Shown here: one piece after another, positions 9,483 to 20,156 of the stretch
Layout: each line of letters opens with the position of its first letter
How positions within the stretch are numbered: position 1 is the stretch's first letter
Source: Thermoproteota archaeon
GTDB taxonomy: Archaea; Korarchaeota; Korarchaeia; Korarchaeales; Korarchaeaceae
NCBI GenBank assembly: GCA_026986575.1
Contig: JALSOH010000006.1
Span: 440,153 to 504,152, forward strand
DNA length: 64,000 nt
Direction of reading: 5' to 3'
Notes under the pieces: model-generated
What the model saw: the letters and a program-made list of their open reading frames with translations, nothing else
Database searches by the model: none
What the model was told of the DNA's origin: nothing
Made by a program: the position numbers and the translations under genes

Positions 9483-9676
9483 GACTCAACCCCTTCATCA
9501 CCAAGTGCAGGTGCTTCTAGAGGGGCCGCTGTTAGCAGTACCACGACGATATTAGAGTGCTCTTGCTTTAATTAGACTCGAAGTGCTCAGTTCAAGCGTA
9601 AACGCGGTGTACGGTAACTAGAAGACGGAAACCAGAAAGACGCTTGCTTACAGCAATCTGTTCCCCGGCAAAGGGA

Positions 9677-9749
9677 TGGCAGGGGGCATGAACGAGCTCT
9701 GAGCTCGCTCCTTCACAGCAAACGGCTGGCACCTCTATGCCCCCTGCCA
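9677..9749 (-). ncRNA. Candidate structured RNA (three-way junction)
   Basis: Perfect 13-bp inverted repeat TGGCAGGGGGCAT/ATGCCCCCTGCCA enclosing two hairpins; TATA-like CTTAAAAA about 25 nt upstream on the minus strand; intergenic. Confidence 0.4.
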
Positions 9750-9966
9750 CTCGGCCTAGCTTCTCCTCCATTTTTAAGCGTATCTTATCCGAACCTAGGG
9801 GTCCTACCACTGAGCCTCCCGGCCTACACTTATTCCCTGCATTGCTGGCATCGCCCCCTCAGCAAGTCAAATCTCGATCCAATGAAGGTAGGTCTGAATC
9901 GAGTTAGAGGCGCCGCGAAGAAAGAGATGTGAGACATGTCCATAGGGGGGTTGGACATCAGCATAT

Positions 9967-10227
9967 TCAGTCCAGCAAACCGAAGATCAGGTAAGAGAAG
10001 AGCAAAAACACCAAAAATGCCCTGAGAAGCTCATCTCCCCTCTCCTCGTACTCTATTGCGAAGATGTGAAGGAACCACGACATCGAGCCCATTATGATCA
10101 GGAGAAAGCTAAGTAGGCCAGCTAGTGAGGTCCAAAGGGAGAGATCAGGGTGCTCCAAAGCAAATCTCCCGATTGCTATTCCCATAGGCACCAGAAAGGA
10201 GCCCATGAAGGGAAGCCACTTCCTCAT
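9967..10227 (-). CDS. Hypothetical small membrane protein (about 3 TM)
   Basis: 86 aa, hydrophobic; followed by a hairpin ATGTCCA..TGGACAT at ~9936-9958. Confidence 0.6.
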   Translation of the reverse strand: MRKWLPFMGSFLVPMGIAIGRFALEHPDLSLWTSLAGLLSFLLIIMGSMSWFLHIFAIEYEERGDELLRAFLVFLLFSYLIFGLLD

Positions 10228-10285
10228 CCTGCACTCATAAATACCTCTGGATTACCATAATAAGGATCTCCGACCTAAAACTCTG

Positions 10286-10909
10286 ATGCAAATCAAAGCA
10301 GTAATAATCGACTTAGACCAGACCCTACTCCACACCCTACATAGATTTCATACCGTTTTCAGCAAGATGATCGGCGATCTGGAATGGGATGATTTCATCA
10401 GGCTTTTCAGGGAAGACAGGCTGGATGAACTCATAGAAGGAGACAGGGCTCTATTCTGGGAGGAGTTCACCAGAAGATTCGCAAAGATAAGGCATCCTGA
10501 TGACAGGCCCGTTGAAGGGGCGAGGGATGTGCTGGAGAGGCTGTCCAAGAAATATCTTATAGTGGTAACTACCGGAAGGAGAGTACCTTCGGGGGAGGTC
10601 TGGAAGGAGCTGGAGGAGTTTGGCCTGTCCCCTTACGTCCACGATGTCCGGACGTTACTGGGGTATGATGGCGTGTGGCACAGGGATGTCCTCCTTAGAA
10701 GGATACTCAAGGATTACGGTCTGTCCCCAGATGAGGTGGTGTTCGTAGGAGATTACTGGGTAGACATGGACTCTGCCAAGAGGGCCGGGATAAGGGCGAT
10801 AGCTGTAAGGACAGGACTGGAGCCGGATGAGAGGCTCCTGAGGCACGGGGCGTTGGTTATCATCGATGGCATATGGGAGCTGCCCAAGATATTGGAGCGC
10901 CTTATTTAA
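10286..10909 (+). CDS. HAD-superfamily hydrolase
   Basis: Motif I DLDQTL, motif II VTTG, motif IV VGDYWVD. Confidence 0.93.
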   Translation: MQIKAVIIDLDQTLLHTLHRFHTVFSKMIGDLEWDDFIRLFREDRLDELIEGDRALFWEEFTRRFAKIRHPDDRPVEGARDVLERLSKKYLIVVTTGRRVPSGEVWKELEEFGLSPYVHDVRTLLGYDGVWHRDVLLRRILKDYGLSPDEVVFVGDYWVDMDSAKRAGIRAIAVRTGLEPDERLLRHGALVIIDGIWELPKILERLI

Positions 10910-11202
10910 ACGGATGAGAGGTAGGGGGTCAGAGGAACCGGGTGCATCTCATCCAATCTCTCCTCTCAATTCCAATCTATCTTAATCACGTTTTGCTACC
11001 CAATTTTCAGACATTCCATTCATTACTGTAGTGAATTTCAATTTTTTCGCGGGTACCATTAAACCTGATATACTCTTCACTTCATCGATAAAAACGAGAT
11101 GGGAACTCCTGTAAACTAAGGAATTAGAAATTCCTGCGGATCTAAGTGTGATTACAAAAAAGATTTAAAAAAGAAGGATAGATGCGATCCGGATGACTTC
11201 TC

Positions 11203-14200
11203 ATGCATTTTGATATGCACACACGTGCTCGCATCCTTTCCTCCCCCAGTCATCACGGTAAGACGCTATTCTCGATTCTGATTTGTATGCTATTAGTCCT
11301 GCAAATTACATCTACCTCACTTGTACCGATAATGGCACTTCCTCGGCCGGTCCTGTCAACTGACATATTGAATTACAATCCATTCCTTGGGAAAGTAGCT
11401 ACTTTGTGCCTCACTCCCTCCAACAGCGGAGATCAAAATGGATTCAGGCCAGTTATAGAGATCGTGGTTCCTGTGAACCTGACGTTTCAAGGGGCAACTT
11501 TCCTAGAACTGCCAGTGGAGTACGACAGCTACTTGATTCCCTCCTCTGGGGGCCTCACCTACAACATTGGTCGCTACTCGAGGACCGTAACCGGACAGCC
11601 AGGGGCTGAGGTCGTCGTCCTGATGCCGCCCATAAACAATATACCAGCGGGGGAGCGGATCCCTCCAATTTGCGTCGATCTCTTGGTGACGGATGATGCG
11701 GTCATAGGTAAGGATCATTTGGTCAATTCCACCCTCATTTTCGCCTACGGAACCGATCCCCTTGACAATCCCAGCGTGGATCCGCCCGAGGTGAGCTACC
11801 CTCTGCAGGTCACCGTGACTCCATCCCTGATCAGGGTCAGGAAGGGCCTGAGTGGAATATGGTCGGCTGATGTGGTCCCGACGGGTCCCAATTACGCCTT
11901 CAATTACACGATCATCGTTTCCATGGCCGGAGTTGAGTTCGCGCGCGCCGCGCGCTACGGGGGCGGGGACTTCAATCCGCCGTTCGGGAGGGGAAGGACT
12001 TGGGGCTACATAAAGTTCTGGGCATATGTAGAGGAAGAGTATAGCTCCACTGTGCCCAGTGGTGATCAGGAGATCGATTCTGGGGATGTGTTGAGTAACG
12101 AAGTTACCATGACATCGGAGTACTCGGGCACATCCACAGTTCCCCCAGATATAGGGCGCACCACATCCCTTACTATAAAGAGGCCGTGGATCGAGAAGAG
12201 GATAGCATACTTGAATGGAGCATCTCCACCAAGCCCTGTGTATGTCAAGGCAGGCGATACCGTGACCTATGAACTCAAGGTGTACATATCCACAGCTAAC
12301 GCCGATGAGTTGGAGATAAAGGACATGATCCCCCTGCCGGTGTTCAGGGTCGATTACAACAGGTACGGGCAGACCCCCCTTCACGGATGGTCAGCCCCCG
12401 ACGACCACGATACCACCGCCTCCGGGGCAGTGGGCCATAGGCAGCGAGGACAACGTGACCTCCGTCACGGGGATACAGCCTACCCTATCTGTGGATGACA
12501 CCGCGAACGAATTGGTGTTCAGGTACGGAGGCCCGATCCACTCCGGGAACAACACGCTTCTGGTGGTGGACATACTCTACATCCTGACGGCCACGGACGA
12601 GCCCTACGATGATCTCCTTGACTTGGCGAACTTGGTCACCATGAGCTACGGCAACTCATTCAATGTGCCTACTCCTAGTTCCTCTTATACGTTGATCATC
12701 ACTAACTCCCCAAGCCTGACCCTGAGCAAGGAGGTGGTGGCCTCTACTCAGGAAGCCATAGATAACGGTGATCTTTCGGGGGCCGATGCTGGAGATACCG
12801 TCACCTTCCAGGTGAAAGTGACTAACGAGGGCCACAGCGACGCTCACGATGTGGTGATAAAGGATGAGGTACAGCCTCCCGGCGCAGGCTACCTACAAGA
12901 CCTCCAGAACTTACATGTTTACGATTGCGACGGAGCTACCGAGTGGAATCCCTCCTCAACTTACACCCTCACGGTGAGCCCTTCATATACTAACCCTGAG
13001 GAGATCATTCTCTCACTGAACGATAATGTTGTCCTGCCTCCGGACTCGTGCGTAGTGCTGAGGTACGATCTCACCCTCACCCAGAGCGTGTATCCTCTCC
13101 AAGACCTCATTAACAACGGGAGCATCACAAGCTACTCCTCCGTTGATGGAGGGGAGAACTTCGTCGATCCCAACGACCCTCCAACGGACGATGCCAAAGT
13201 CGCTGTGGCGCAGCCATCCATCGAGAAGTACCTTGAATCGACCGATCAGAGCTTCACGCCAGACGATATCCTTGCTGTGGGTGAGGAAGCGGTCTTCGGA
13301 ATAAGGGTGACACTGCCTGGGGGGACCACGTCGGGTCTCATCATTAACGATACGTTGCCGGAGGGCTTCACCTACGACGGGTCGGTGGAGCTGGATTCTA
13401 CAGGATTCGGAGGTAGCCTGCCCTCTTACTCCGTTAACTACGATCCTAGCTCGAGGAACGTCACCTTAACCTTCTCCGGAGATGTGATCGTTAATAACAA
13501 CAACGATGCGGGGGACAACTCCTTCCTGACAAAGGTGCACTCCAGAGTGGACAAGGACGCGGGCTGGACGCCATCTGCTAGCACTTGGACTAGGACCAAC
13601 AGGGTCAGCATGGACTGGAACGGGAACCCCGGGCCTGAACTAACGTCCACCTACGACGTGGAGGTGGCGACCCGAAGGTTACCGCCACCAAGGCGTTCTT
13701 CAACGAGGATTATTCCAGCATATCGAGCAAGGACGGGGGAGACAAGGTGATAATGAGGGTTAAGATAGTGAGCGAGGGAGCAGCGGATGCTTTCGACATC
13801 GAAGTCACCGACACCCTAACTGACATTCACGCAGATCTGGGGACACTTCAGGAGGTGACCCGGACCGTTCCGCCGGACACGACCGTCTCTTGGAGCATCT
13901 CATCGGGGAGCTTGGTTATCGAGGTGGACAGGCCGAGGAACATCACCGCCTCTCTCCGACAGGAAGGTCACGATAGACTTCTCCTTCAACTTGAATGATA
14001 CGGTGGAAGCTGGAGAGACCTATCAAAACACCCTGAATTACGAGTATACCACCTTACCGGGACTCAGCGATTACGAGAAGACCTTCACCGGAACGTACAC
14101 GGCTGATTTGAAGATAAAGGACCCGGAGCTGGTGAAGGAGGTCCAGTCCACATCTAATCTCGATACCTCAGGTGATGACTTGGCCATAGGGGAGGAGGTC

Positions 14201-17200
14201 ATGTTCCGCATCAAGATAACCCTGCCTGAAGGGGACATTCAGGACATGGTGTTGGAGGATACGTGGCCCCAAGGCTTCGGCTACCTGATTCACGAGATAG
14301 ATAGCACCACATTAAACGGGAACCTGCCTACTCCAACGGTGAACGTGGATGAGGTGAACAGGAAGCTGACGTTGAGTTTTAGCGGTGTAACGCATGTGAA
14401 CGCGGACAACGATCCCAGCAACGATTACTTCTACGTAACTCTAGCTCTGAAGGTGCTGGATGATCCCAGCAATGTGGGATACCCGAGTAAGGGGGAGAAG
14501 GTAAACCAAGTCTCCCTGTCTTGGGATGGAGGCAAGCAGGTAACTGCCCAGAAGGAAGTGTACGTGGTAGAGCCCCACCTCGTCCTGTCTAAGGCCTTCA
14601 ACGTCACGGTCGCTGACGCTGGCGACTGGGTTGAGGTTACTTTAACTCTCACTAACAACGGGCAGAGCCCAGCCTACGAGGTGAACGTTTCTGACGTGCT
14701 CGATGACGATGTGTTTGATCTCAACACAGTTACAGAGGTCTTGACGCCAGCTGGCTTCACATACGACTTCAATTCTGGCACTGGTGAGGTGAGCTACTCT
14801 GGTGACCGGATAGATGTAGGGGAGACCCTCACTTTCAGGTTCGCCGCGAAGCTGAGGGACGACGTGACTGCCCTCTCCAGCTATAACAACGTGGCCGAGG
14901 CGGAGGGGAGCAGCATGCCTGGCCATTTGGACGGGGAGAGGATCTACTCCGCTGAGGGTTCGGCCACGCTGGACATTGGCGAGGCGGTCCTGACCAAGCA
15001 GCTGGTCGACACCAGCGAGCCCACCACGACTGACAGCAAGGTGACGATAGGAGAGATAATGATCTACAATTTGACGACATCCGTACCGGAGGGTGCTATC
15101 AAAAACCTGACCTTCTACGATATACTGCCGAGCAACTCAAACGTTCTGATGTCATTCATGAACGCGAACATCACCACCAACAAGGGAGGGGTATCCAGCA
15201 GTGAGGTCACGCTCACTCCGGGCTCTTGGACCGAGATCACCCCAACTCAGACGGGCAACGTGTTAGCCTTCTACTTGGGCGACGTTACAAACACCAACGA
15301 CGACGCGAAACAGGAGACCATAACTGTCCGGGTGAAGCTCCTCGTGCTCAATCTGGCTGAGAATCGGGCCGGTAGCCAGCTGGTCGATTCCTTCAAGATA
15401 GGGTACACCAATGCCTCCAACGATTACGTTTACAGCGAAGAGGTACAGCACACTCTGACCGTCGTTGAACCCCAGCTCTGGTCGGTCCTGACCGCGGACC
15501 CGGTAACGGTAGGTTGGAGCGGGGACGAGGTCGTGCTCCACATCAACGTGACCAACTTGGACACATCGACCTCGAGCCCAGCCTACGATCTGAATATATT
15601 ATCACCACTCCCTCCCGAGTTCTCCGATCTCCAAGTGATGAGCATCGACTCGTCCAACGCTGGCTCTATAACAGACTCATCCACTTCCGGCGAACTGAAA
15701 CTGCGCTCCTCGTACCTCCAGCCCGGAGGATGGATCAACGTGACCTTCAGGGTGGTGCTCCAACCCAATGCGATCTTCGGTCAGAAGATAGAGATAGAGG
15801 CCTGCGCCAACGGTACAACCACCCCCGGAGATAGGGGAAGCTGGAACGAGATCCCCGGTGATCCGGGAGATCAGAATGGGGAGAGGATCGGGAACGGGGT
15901 CTCGCCCAATGACATAAGGGCTTGTGATCCAGCTTCTATCACGGTCGGTACGCCCAACGTGGAGAAGGATGTCCTCGCTCCCAAGGTGAGATACGCTCCA
16001 GGGGATCAGGTTAGGTACCAGATAACGATTGGTACCCCGAAGGGATCCACCAGCGATCTGAAGGTCACTGACACACTAGCAGAGGGCCTCCTCTACTCCA
16101 ATGATCTGGATGTGGAGGTGCCGAGTGGGGTTACATTCTCCAACACGCCAGGAGAATCACCACCCTTCTTCTCTCACACGGACACAGGAACCACCGAGAT
16201 CCTGGTTTTCGATTTCGGCTCATTTACCAACTCGAATAGCGGTGGGGTGAACACCTACATAAGGTTCAGCGCCACCGTGGAGGACCATCCGAGCAATGTG
16301 GATGGGACGACCCTGAGCAACGAGGCGCTCCTAACCTACTTGGACAGCGACTCCAACGAGAAGGACGTGGGCCCCGCGACCGTAACCATCACGGTTGGGG
16401 AGCCGGAGCTGAGCGATCTCAGCAAGATCAGCCTATCCGACCTGAGGGGAGGACAGGTGAGCTGGTTCCTGCTCCGTTTCCGCAACTCCGGGAGCACAAC
16501 TGCCTACGACACGAATGTCACTGATGTACTACCTCCAGAGCTCAAGGGAGATGTTCCGGAGGTCAGCTACGTGAAGGTAGGGGACAGGACCCTATCCCAG
16601 AGTGATTACGATCTCGATTACTACGAGACCAACGGTACTCTCAAGATCCACCTCATCACGCCTAGCGACGATTCGAGCGCGAGGATAGAGCCTGGTGAGC
16701 TGGTGGAAATAAAGATAGGTGCTAAGGCCCTCCCCCACGTTCCACTGAGCTACGGAGCGGTGAACTCCTTCGCCGTGAGCTACTCATCCAGACCGGGTGC
16801 TCCTGATGGGGAGAGGACCTACTCCACAGGACCGGCAAGCGCGACAGTCTACTCCCAAGACCCCGAGGTCAGCAAGGTGGTCCTCTCCACCGAGACGCCA
16901 CCACCGGATCCAAACGATCCGACGAGAAGCAGGGCCAGAGTTGACGAGACCATCATGTACAACGTCACCTTCAGGATGCCTCAAGGCACTTGGGCGGAGG
17001 ATGTGGAGTTCCACGATACGATACCTGATGGCCTTGAGGTGATAAACGCCACGGCCAGAGGGATAAATGCGACGGGCCTCGTAACGGGAACGACCAGCAT
17101 CACGGAGAGTGGTGGGAGGTATACGGTCACCGCTGCCTTCGGCAAGCTGGTTGATGCGGAGGTTAACGTCACGATATACGCTCGCGTGAAATACTACTAC

Positions 17201-18964
17201 TCAGGCGGGTCGCCTGTGAGGGCCGGCGATGTGCTAATTGATGGCAACGAGTCGAACCCCAGCTACTACTCTTGGAGCAACGGGGTCGAGACGAAGAGCG
17301 AGTACAGCAACGAGGTGACTACAGAGATAGTCAAGAGCGAGGCGAACCTGACTATTAGCAAGTCCTTTGATCCCAAACTACTGAGGTTCGGGGATGTCAC
17401 GATAACCACCATAACTATCGCGAACGAAGGCAACGGGACCGTCTACCAGACCGTCCTCAGAGATGTGTTCTGCGACAGCTTCGAGTTCTTGAATGCAAGC
17501 GTGACGCCGATCGACGTCTCTGGAAACGTGATAACTTGGGAGATAGGTGAGTTGAGGCCGGGAGAGGAATGGACGGTCTCTGTAGCCTTTAAACTCTCAG
17601 CCTGCAGCTGCTTCAACAATAACGCCACAGTTTCCTACGTGAATCCCGGAGATCCATTCACCACGGAGGGGAGGAAGGCTCGGGACGATGTGAATGTGGT
17701 CGAGGAGCTGGACTTCGTCAATATGGCTGAACCGGAGTACCTTAAGCCAGGTGGTGCGGTCGGATTCAAGCTGCTAGTCCACAATCCCACGTGCACGGTG
17801 ATCGAGAAGCTCAACTTCACCGACGAGCTGCCTGAGGGTCTCACATACGTAAGCGGGAGTTCGAAGCTGAACGGAACTAGCGTGGATGATCCCAGCATAT
17901 CCGATGGGGATCTGATCTGGAACACATCGCTCACCCTGAACCCCGGTGAGTCCTACCTCATGGAGTTCTCCGCTGAACTCTCTCCAGGTGCCAGTGGGGA
18001 GCTGACGGACTTGGGAGGCGTACTTGGGATCGGCAAGAATGGAATCGTGAGGGTGAACGACACGGCCTCAGTGACCGTTAGGGGAGAGAAGGGGGGTGTC
18101 CTGTTCTATAAAAGGGCCAGCCTAAGGGAAGTCAGCACTAACGGCACGGTCAAGTTCACTATAACGATCAAAAATGAATGGAACATCCCCATCGTGGATG
18201 TTGAGGTGTGGGACATACTTCCGTGCTGTATGACCTTTGAGAGAAGCTCTCCCGGATACCCCGAACCTGAGCATCCGAGCGAACTTCCACCGGGGACTGG
18301 GGTCATAAAAGTGACTAAGTTACCGGGGAGAGAGGTGGAGAGATTCAAAGGAGACAGGATACTCAAGTGGCACATAGATTCCATAGATCCCGGCGAGACA
18401 GTCACAATAGAGTTCGAGGCGAGGGTAAGGTACCCAGGATTATTGAAGAACACAGCTAAGGTGTTCTACAGGACCGAAGGCGGCCTTAAAGGTACAGGAA
18501 GATCCGATGTCCTGATTCTCGGCTACTCCTCACCTAAACTCGTGAAGACTAGTAACTCTAGTTCTGAGGCAGGAATTAAGGGCGTTAATGAATTCAGCGG
18601 GAGCCACTCGATCTCAGAAGAAGTGAAGCGCTCTATAGGAAATGAGAGCAAAGAGGTATTGGTCACTACCTCAGAGCCGAGCTATACTAAGACGAAAGCC
18701 CCGACTGGGACCGAAGCTAAGGAGGCGGGCAAGAAGACTGAAACTAAACCAAAATACACAACATCTTCAAGTGCTGAGGAGGCCCAGACTACTACCGAAA
18801 GTACCCCTGAGGTCACAACTGTCTCCAAGTCTCCCATGGATGAACTCAAGGGGACATTGCCCGCGATGGCTGGATTGGCATTCCTGCTCATTGTTGTACT
18901 TTTCCTATACTCGATGAGAAAGAGGACAAGGAGAAGGGGGGATTCGGTAGCTAGGATCCGGTAG
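11203..18964 (+). pseudogene. Giant DUF11/isopeptide-domain surface protein (~2580 aa) split by three frameshifts
   Basis: ORFs 11203-12498, 12455-13750, 13747-13998 and 13991-18964 join into one reading by single frameshifts near 12395-12399 (C5 run), ~13671 and ~13935-13950. Signal peptide is only in the first piece and the TM anchor only in the last. Confidence 0.8.
13991..18964 (+). CDS. Intact C-terminal part of the surface protein: repeated DUF11-like Ig domains, S/T-rich stalk, TM anchor and basic tail
   Basis: Repeated K...G(D/E).V.(Y/F).I...D.LP.G(L/F).Y...N units; C-terminal AGLAFLLIVVLFLYSMRKRTRRR. Confidence 0.85.
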   Translation: MNDTVEAGETYQNTLNYEYTTLPGLSDYEKTFTGTYTADLKIKDPELVKEVQSTSNLDTSGDDLAIGEEVMFRIKITLPEGDIQDMVLEDTWPQGFGYLIHEIDSTTLNGNLPTPTVNVDEVNRKLTLSFSGVTHVNADNDPSNDYFYVTLALKVLDDPSNVGYPSKGEKVNQVSLSWDGGKQVTAQKEVYVVEPHLVLSKAFNVTVADAGDWVEVTLTLTNNGQSPAYEVNVSDVLDDDVFDLNTVTEVLTPAGFTYDFNSGTGEVSYSGDRIDVGETLTFRFAAKLRDDVTALSSYNNVAEAEGSSMPGHLDGERIYSAEGSATLDIGEAVLTKQLVDTSEPTTTDSKVTIGEIMIYNLTTSVPEGAIKNLTFYDILPSNSNVLMSFMNANITTNKGGVSSSEVTLTPGSWTEITPTQTGNVLAFYLGDVTNTNDDAKQETITVRVKLLVLNLAENRAGSQLVDSFKIGYTNASNDYVYSEEVQHTLTVVEPQLWSVLTADPVTVGWSGDEVVLHINVTNLDTSTSSPAYDLNILSPLPPEFSDLQVMSIDSSNAGSITDSSTSGELKLRSSYLQPGGWINVTFRVVLQPNAIFGQKIEIEACANGTTTPGDRGSWNEIPGDPGDQNGERIGNGVSPNDIRACDPASITVGTPNVEKDVLAPKVRYAPGDQVRYQITIGTPKGSTSDLKVTDTLAEGLLYSNDLDVEVPSGVTFSNTPGESPPFFSHTDTGTTEILVFDFGSFTNSNSGGVNTYIRFSATVEDHPSNVDGTTLSNEALLTYLDSDSNEKDVGPATVTITVGEPELSDLSKISLSDLRGGQVSWFLLRFRNSGSTTAYDTNVTDVLPPELKGDVPEVSYVKVGDRTLSQSDYDLDYYETNGTLKIHLITPSDDSSARIEPGELVEIKIGAKALPHVPLSYGAVNSFAVSYSSRPGAPDGERTYSTGPASATVYSQDPEVSKVVLSTETPPPDPNDPTRSRARVDETIMYNVTFRMPQGTWAEDVEFHDTIPDGLEVINATARGINATGLVTGTTSITESGGRYTVTAAFGKLVDAEVNVTIYARVKYYYSGGSPVRAGDVLIDGNESNPSYYSWSNGVETKSEYSNEVTTEIVKSEANLTISKSFDPKLLRFGDVTITTITIANEGNGTVYQTVLRDVFCDSFEFLNASVTPIDVSGNVITWEIGELRPGEEWTVSVAFKLSACSCFNNNATVSYVNPGDPFTTEGRKARDDVNVVEELDFVNMAEPEYLKPGGAVGFKLLVHNPTCTVIEKLNFTDELPEGLTYVSGSSKLNGTSVDDPSISDGDLIWNTSLTLNPGESYLMEFSAELSPGASGELTDLGGVLGIGKNGIVRVNDTASVTVRGEKGGVLFYKRASLREVSTNGTVKFTITIKNEWNIPIVDVEVWDILPCCMTFERSSPGYPEPEHPSELPPGTGVIKVTKLPGREVERFKGDRILKWHIDSIDPGETVTIEFEARVRYPGLLKNTAKVFYRTEGGLKGTGRSDVLILGYSSPKLVKTSNSSSEAGIKGVNEFSGSHSISEEVKRSIGNESKEVLVTTSEPSYTKTKAPTGTEAKEAGKKTETKPKYTTSSSAEEAQTTTESTPEVTTVSKSPMDELKGTLPAMAGLAFLLIVVLFLYSMRKRTRRRGDSVARIR

Positions 18965-19332
18965 CTACCTTTCCTCCGTTTTTCTTTTTAGGTAGACGCT
19001 GTTATTGAGGAGGATCCTTCCTACTTCCCTTTAAGACAAAGGAGAGAGGCGACTGAGGAAGCTGCCTATCCTTGCACTGGCGGAGTTTTATAACAGACAT
19101 GGACTGAATTTGCAAGGTGTGGGTTGAGTTAGTATTCGAGGGATCAGATACCCAGTTTTGAAGGCCCTCTCTCCTGTTTTCTACGGAGTACCTCTCCTCT
19201 CGTTTAGAGGATATGTAGTTTTTCGCGTAGACAAGATGCTCTTCATAGTGAGCGCTGACATGACATGGAAACAACTCCTGCAGGGCGATAACCTTATACA
19301 ACTTTCCCTCATTGACTTAATTGACTTACAAG

Positions 19333-19747
19333 ATGCTAGACGAACAGGAGTATGATAAATGGATAACTATGGCGAAAAGGACGCTAGAATCAGCGAAGAG
19401 AGATCTCTCTGGTGGGGACTATAATTGGGCCTGCTTCAAGTCCCAACAAGCGGCCGAGTTTGCGGTGAAGGCCCTTCTCTGGGGAATTGGCAGGCCTAAA
19501 TATGGGCATGTGGTCTATAAACTCGTAGTGGAGCTCGGTAATGTATCTGAAGAAATTGTAGAAATTTTGTAAGAGGCTTGACAAGTTCTATACAGCTCCT
19601 AGATACGCGGACATGTGGAGTGAAGGCGCCCCTTTCGAATATTACTCAAGAAAAGAGGCAGAGGAGGCAATTTATTATGCAAGAAGGGTACTAAAGTTCG
19701 TTGAAGGGAGATGGAAGTCATTGAAAGAAGGAAGAAGGAGAGAATAG
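19333..19747 (+). pseudogene. HEPN domain protein (HEPN-MNT toxin side), frameshifted
   Basis: WACFKSQQAAEFAVKA..GH. Removing one T from T4 at 19565-19568 restores ICKRLDKFYTAPRYAD...EAEEAI, ending at TAG 19747 and overlapping the MNT start. Confidence 0.85.
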
Positions 19748-20088
19748 AACTTGCTATGGAGTTCGTTAGATCCCTCGAGGAACTGCGTCCTCTCACCGCG
19801 ATCGTTATAGGATCAACCGCACGGGGATATTTCAATGAATGGAGTGATATCGATGTGGTGATAATCTCGAACAAGTTCCCGGACGACCCCCTCCGGAGAT
19901 TCGATCTAGTAGAGAAGCCTCTTAGACCAGGCATAGAACCCATTCCTCTTAGAATGAGCGATCTTCTACGATTGGTTAGGAAAAGGGCGCCTGTGGTAGA
20001 GGACATGAGACAAGGGGTCTTCTTGGTGGACGAGCTAGGCGTCAGGAAGATCTTGGAACAGGTGCATGAGAACGAAAGAGAGAAATAA
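19711..20088 (+). CDS. Minimal nucleotidyltransferase (MNT), HEPN partner
   Basis: GSTARGYFNEWSDIDVVII motif. Confidence 0.92.
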   Translation: MEVIERRKKERIELAMEFVRSLEELRPLTAIVIGSTARGYFNEWSDIDVVIISNKFPDDPLRRFDLVEKPLRPGIEPIPLRMSDLLRLVRKRAPVVEDMRQGVFLVDELGVRKILEQVHENEREK

Positions 20089-20156
20089 AGAGATCGGAGA
20101 GATGGGATGAATCTGAGGAGCTACCAATGAGATCTAATACCTGTCTGCTTTGAAGT

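Noticed and set aside
9592-9810. 72-aa minus-strand ORF
   Set aside because: No motif, atypical composition, and it overlaps the strong RNA-like structure.
9677-9825. tRNA-like look (3' CCA; GCTCAGTGGTAG and GGTTCG fragments on the minus strand)
   Set aside because: No cloverleaf can be built; there is no T-arm or anticodon arm at the right spacing.
11503-12384. Long antisense ORFs (also 23140-23952, 28611-29216, 48371-49426, 53737-54360)
   Set aside because: Shadows of well-supported genes on the opposite strand.
19002-19301. 99-aa ORF between the surface-protein gene and HEPN
   Set aside because: No recognisable features and non-host-like composition; at most a remnant.
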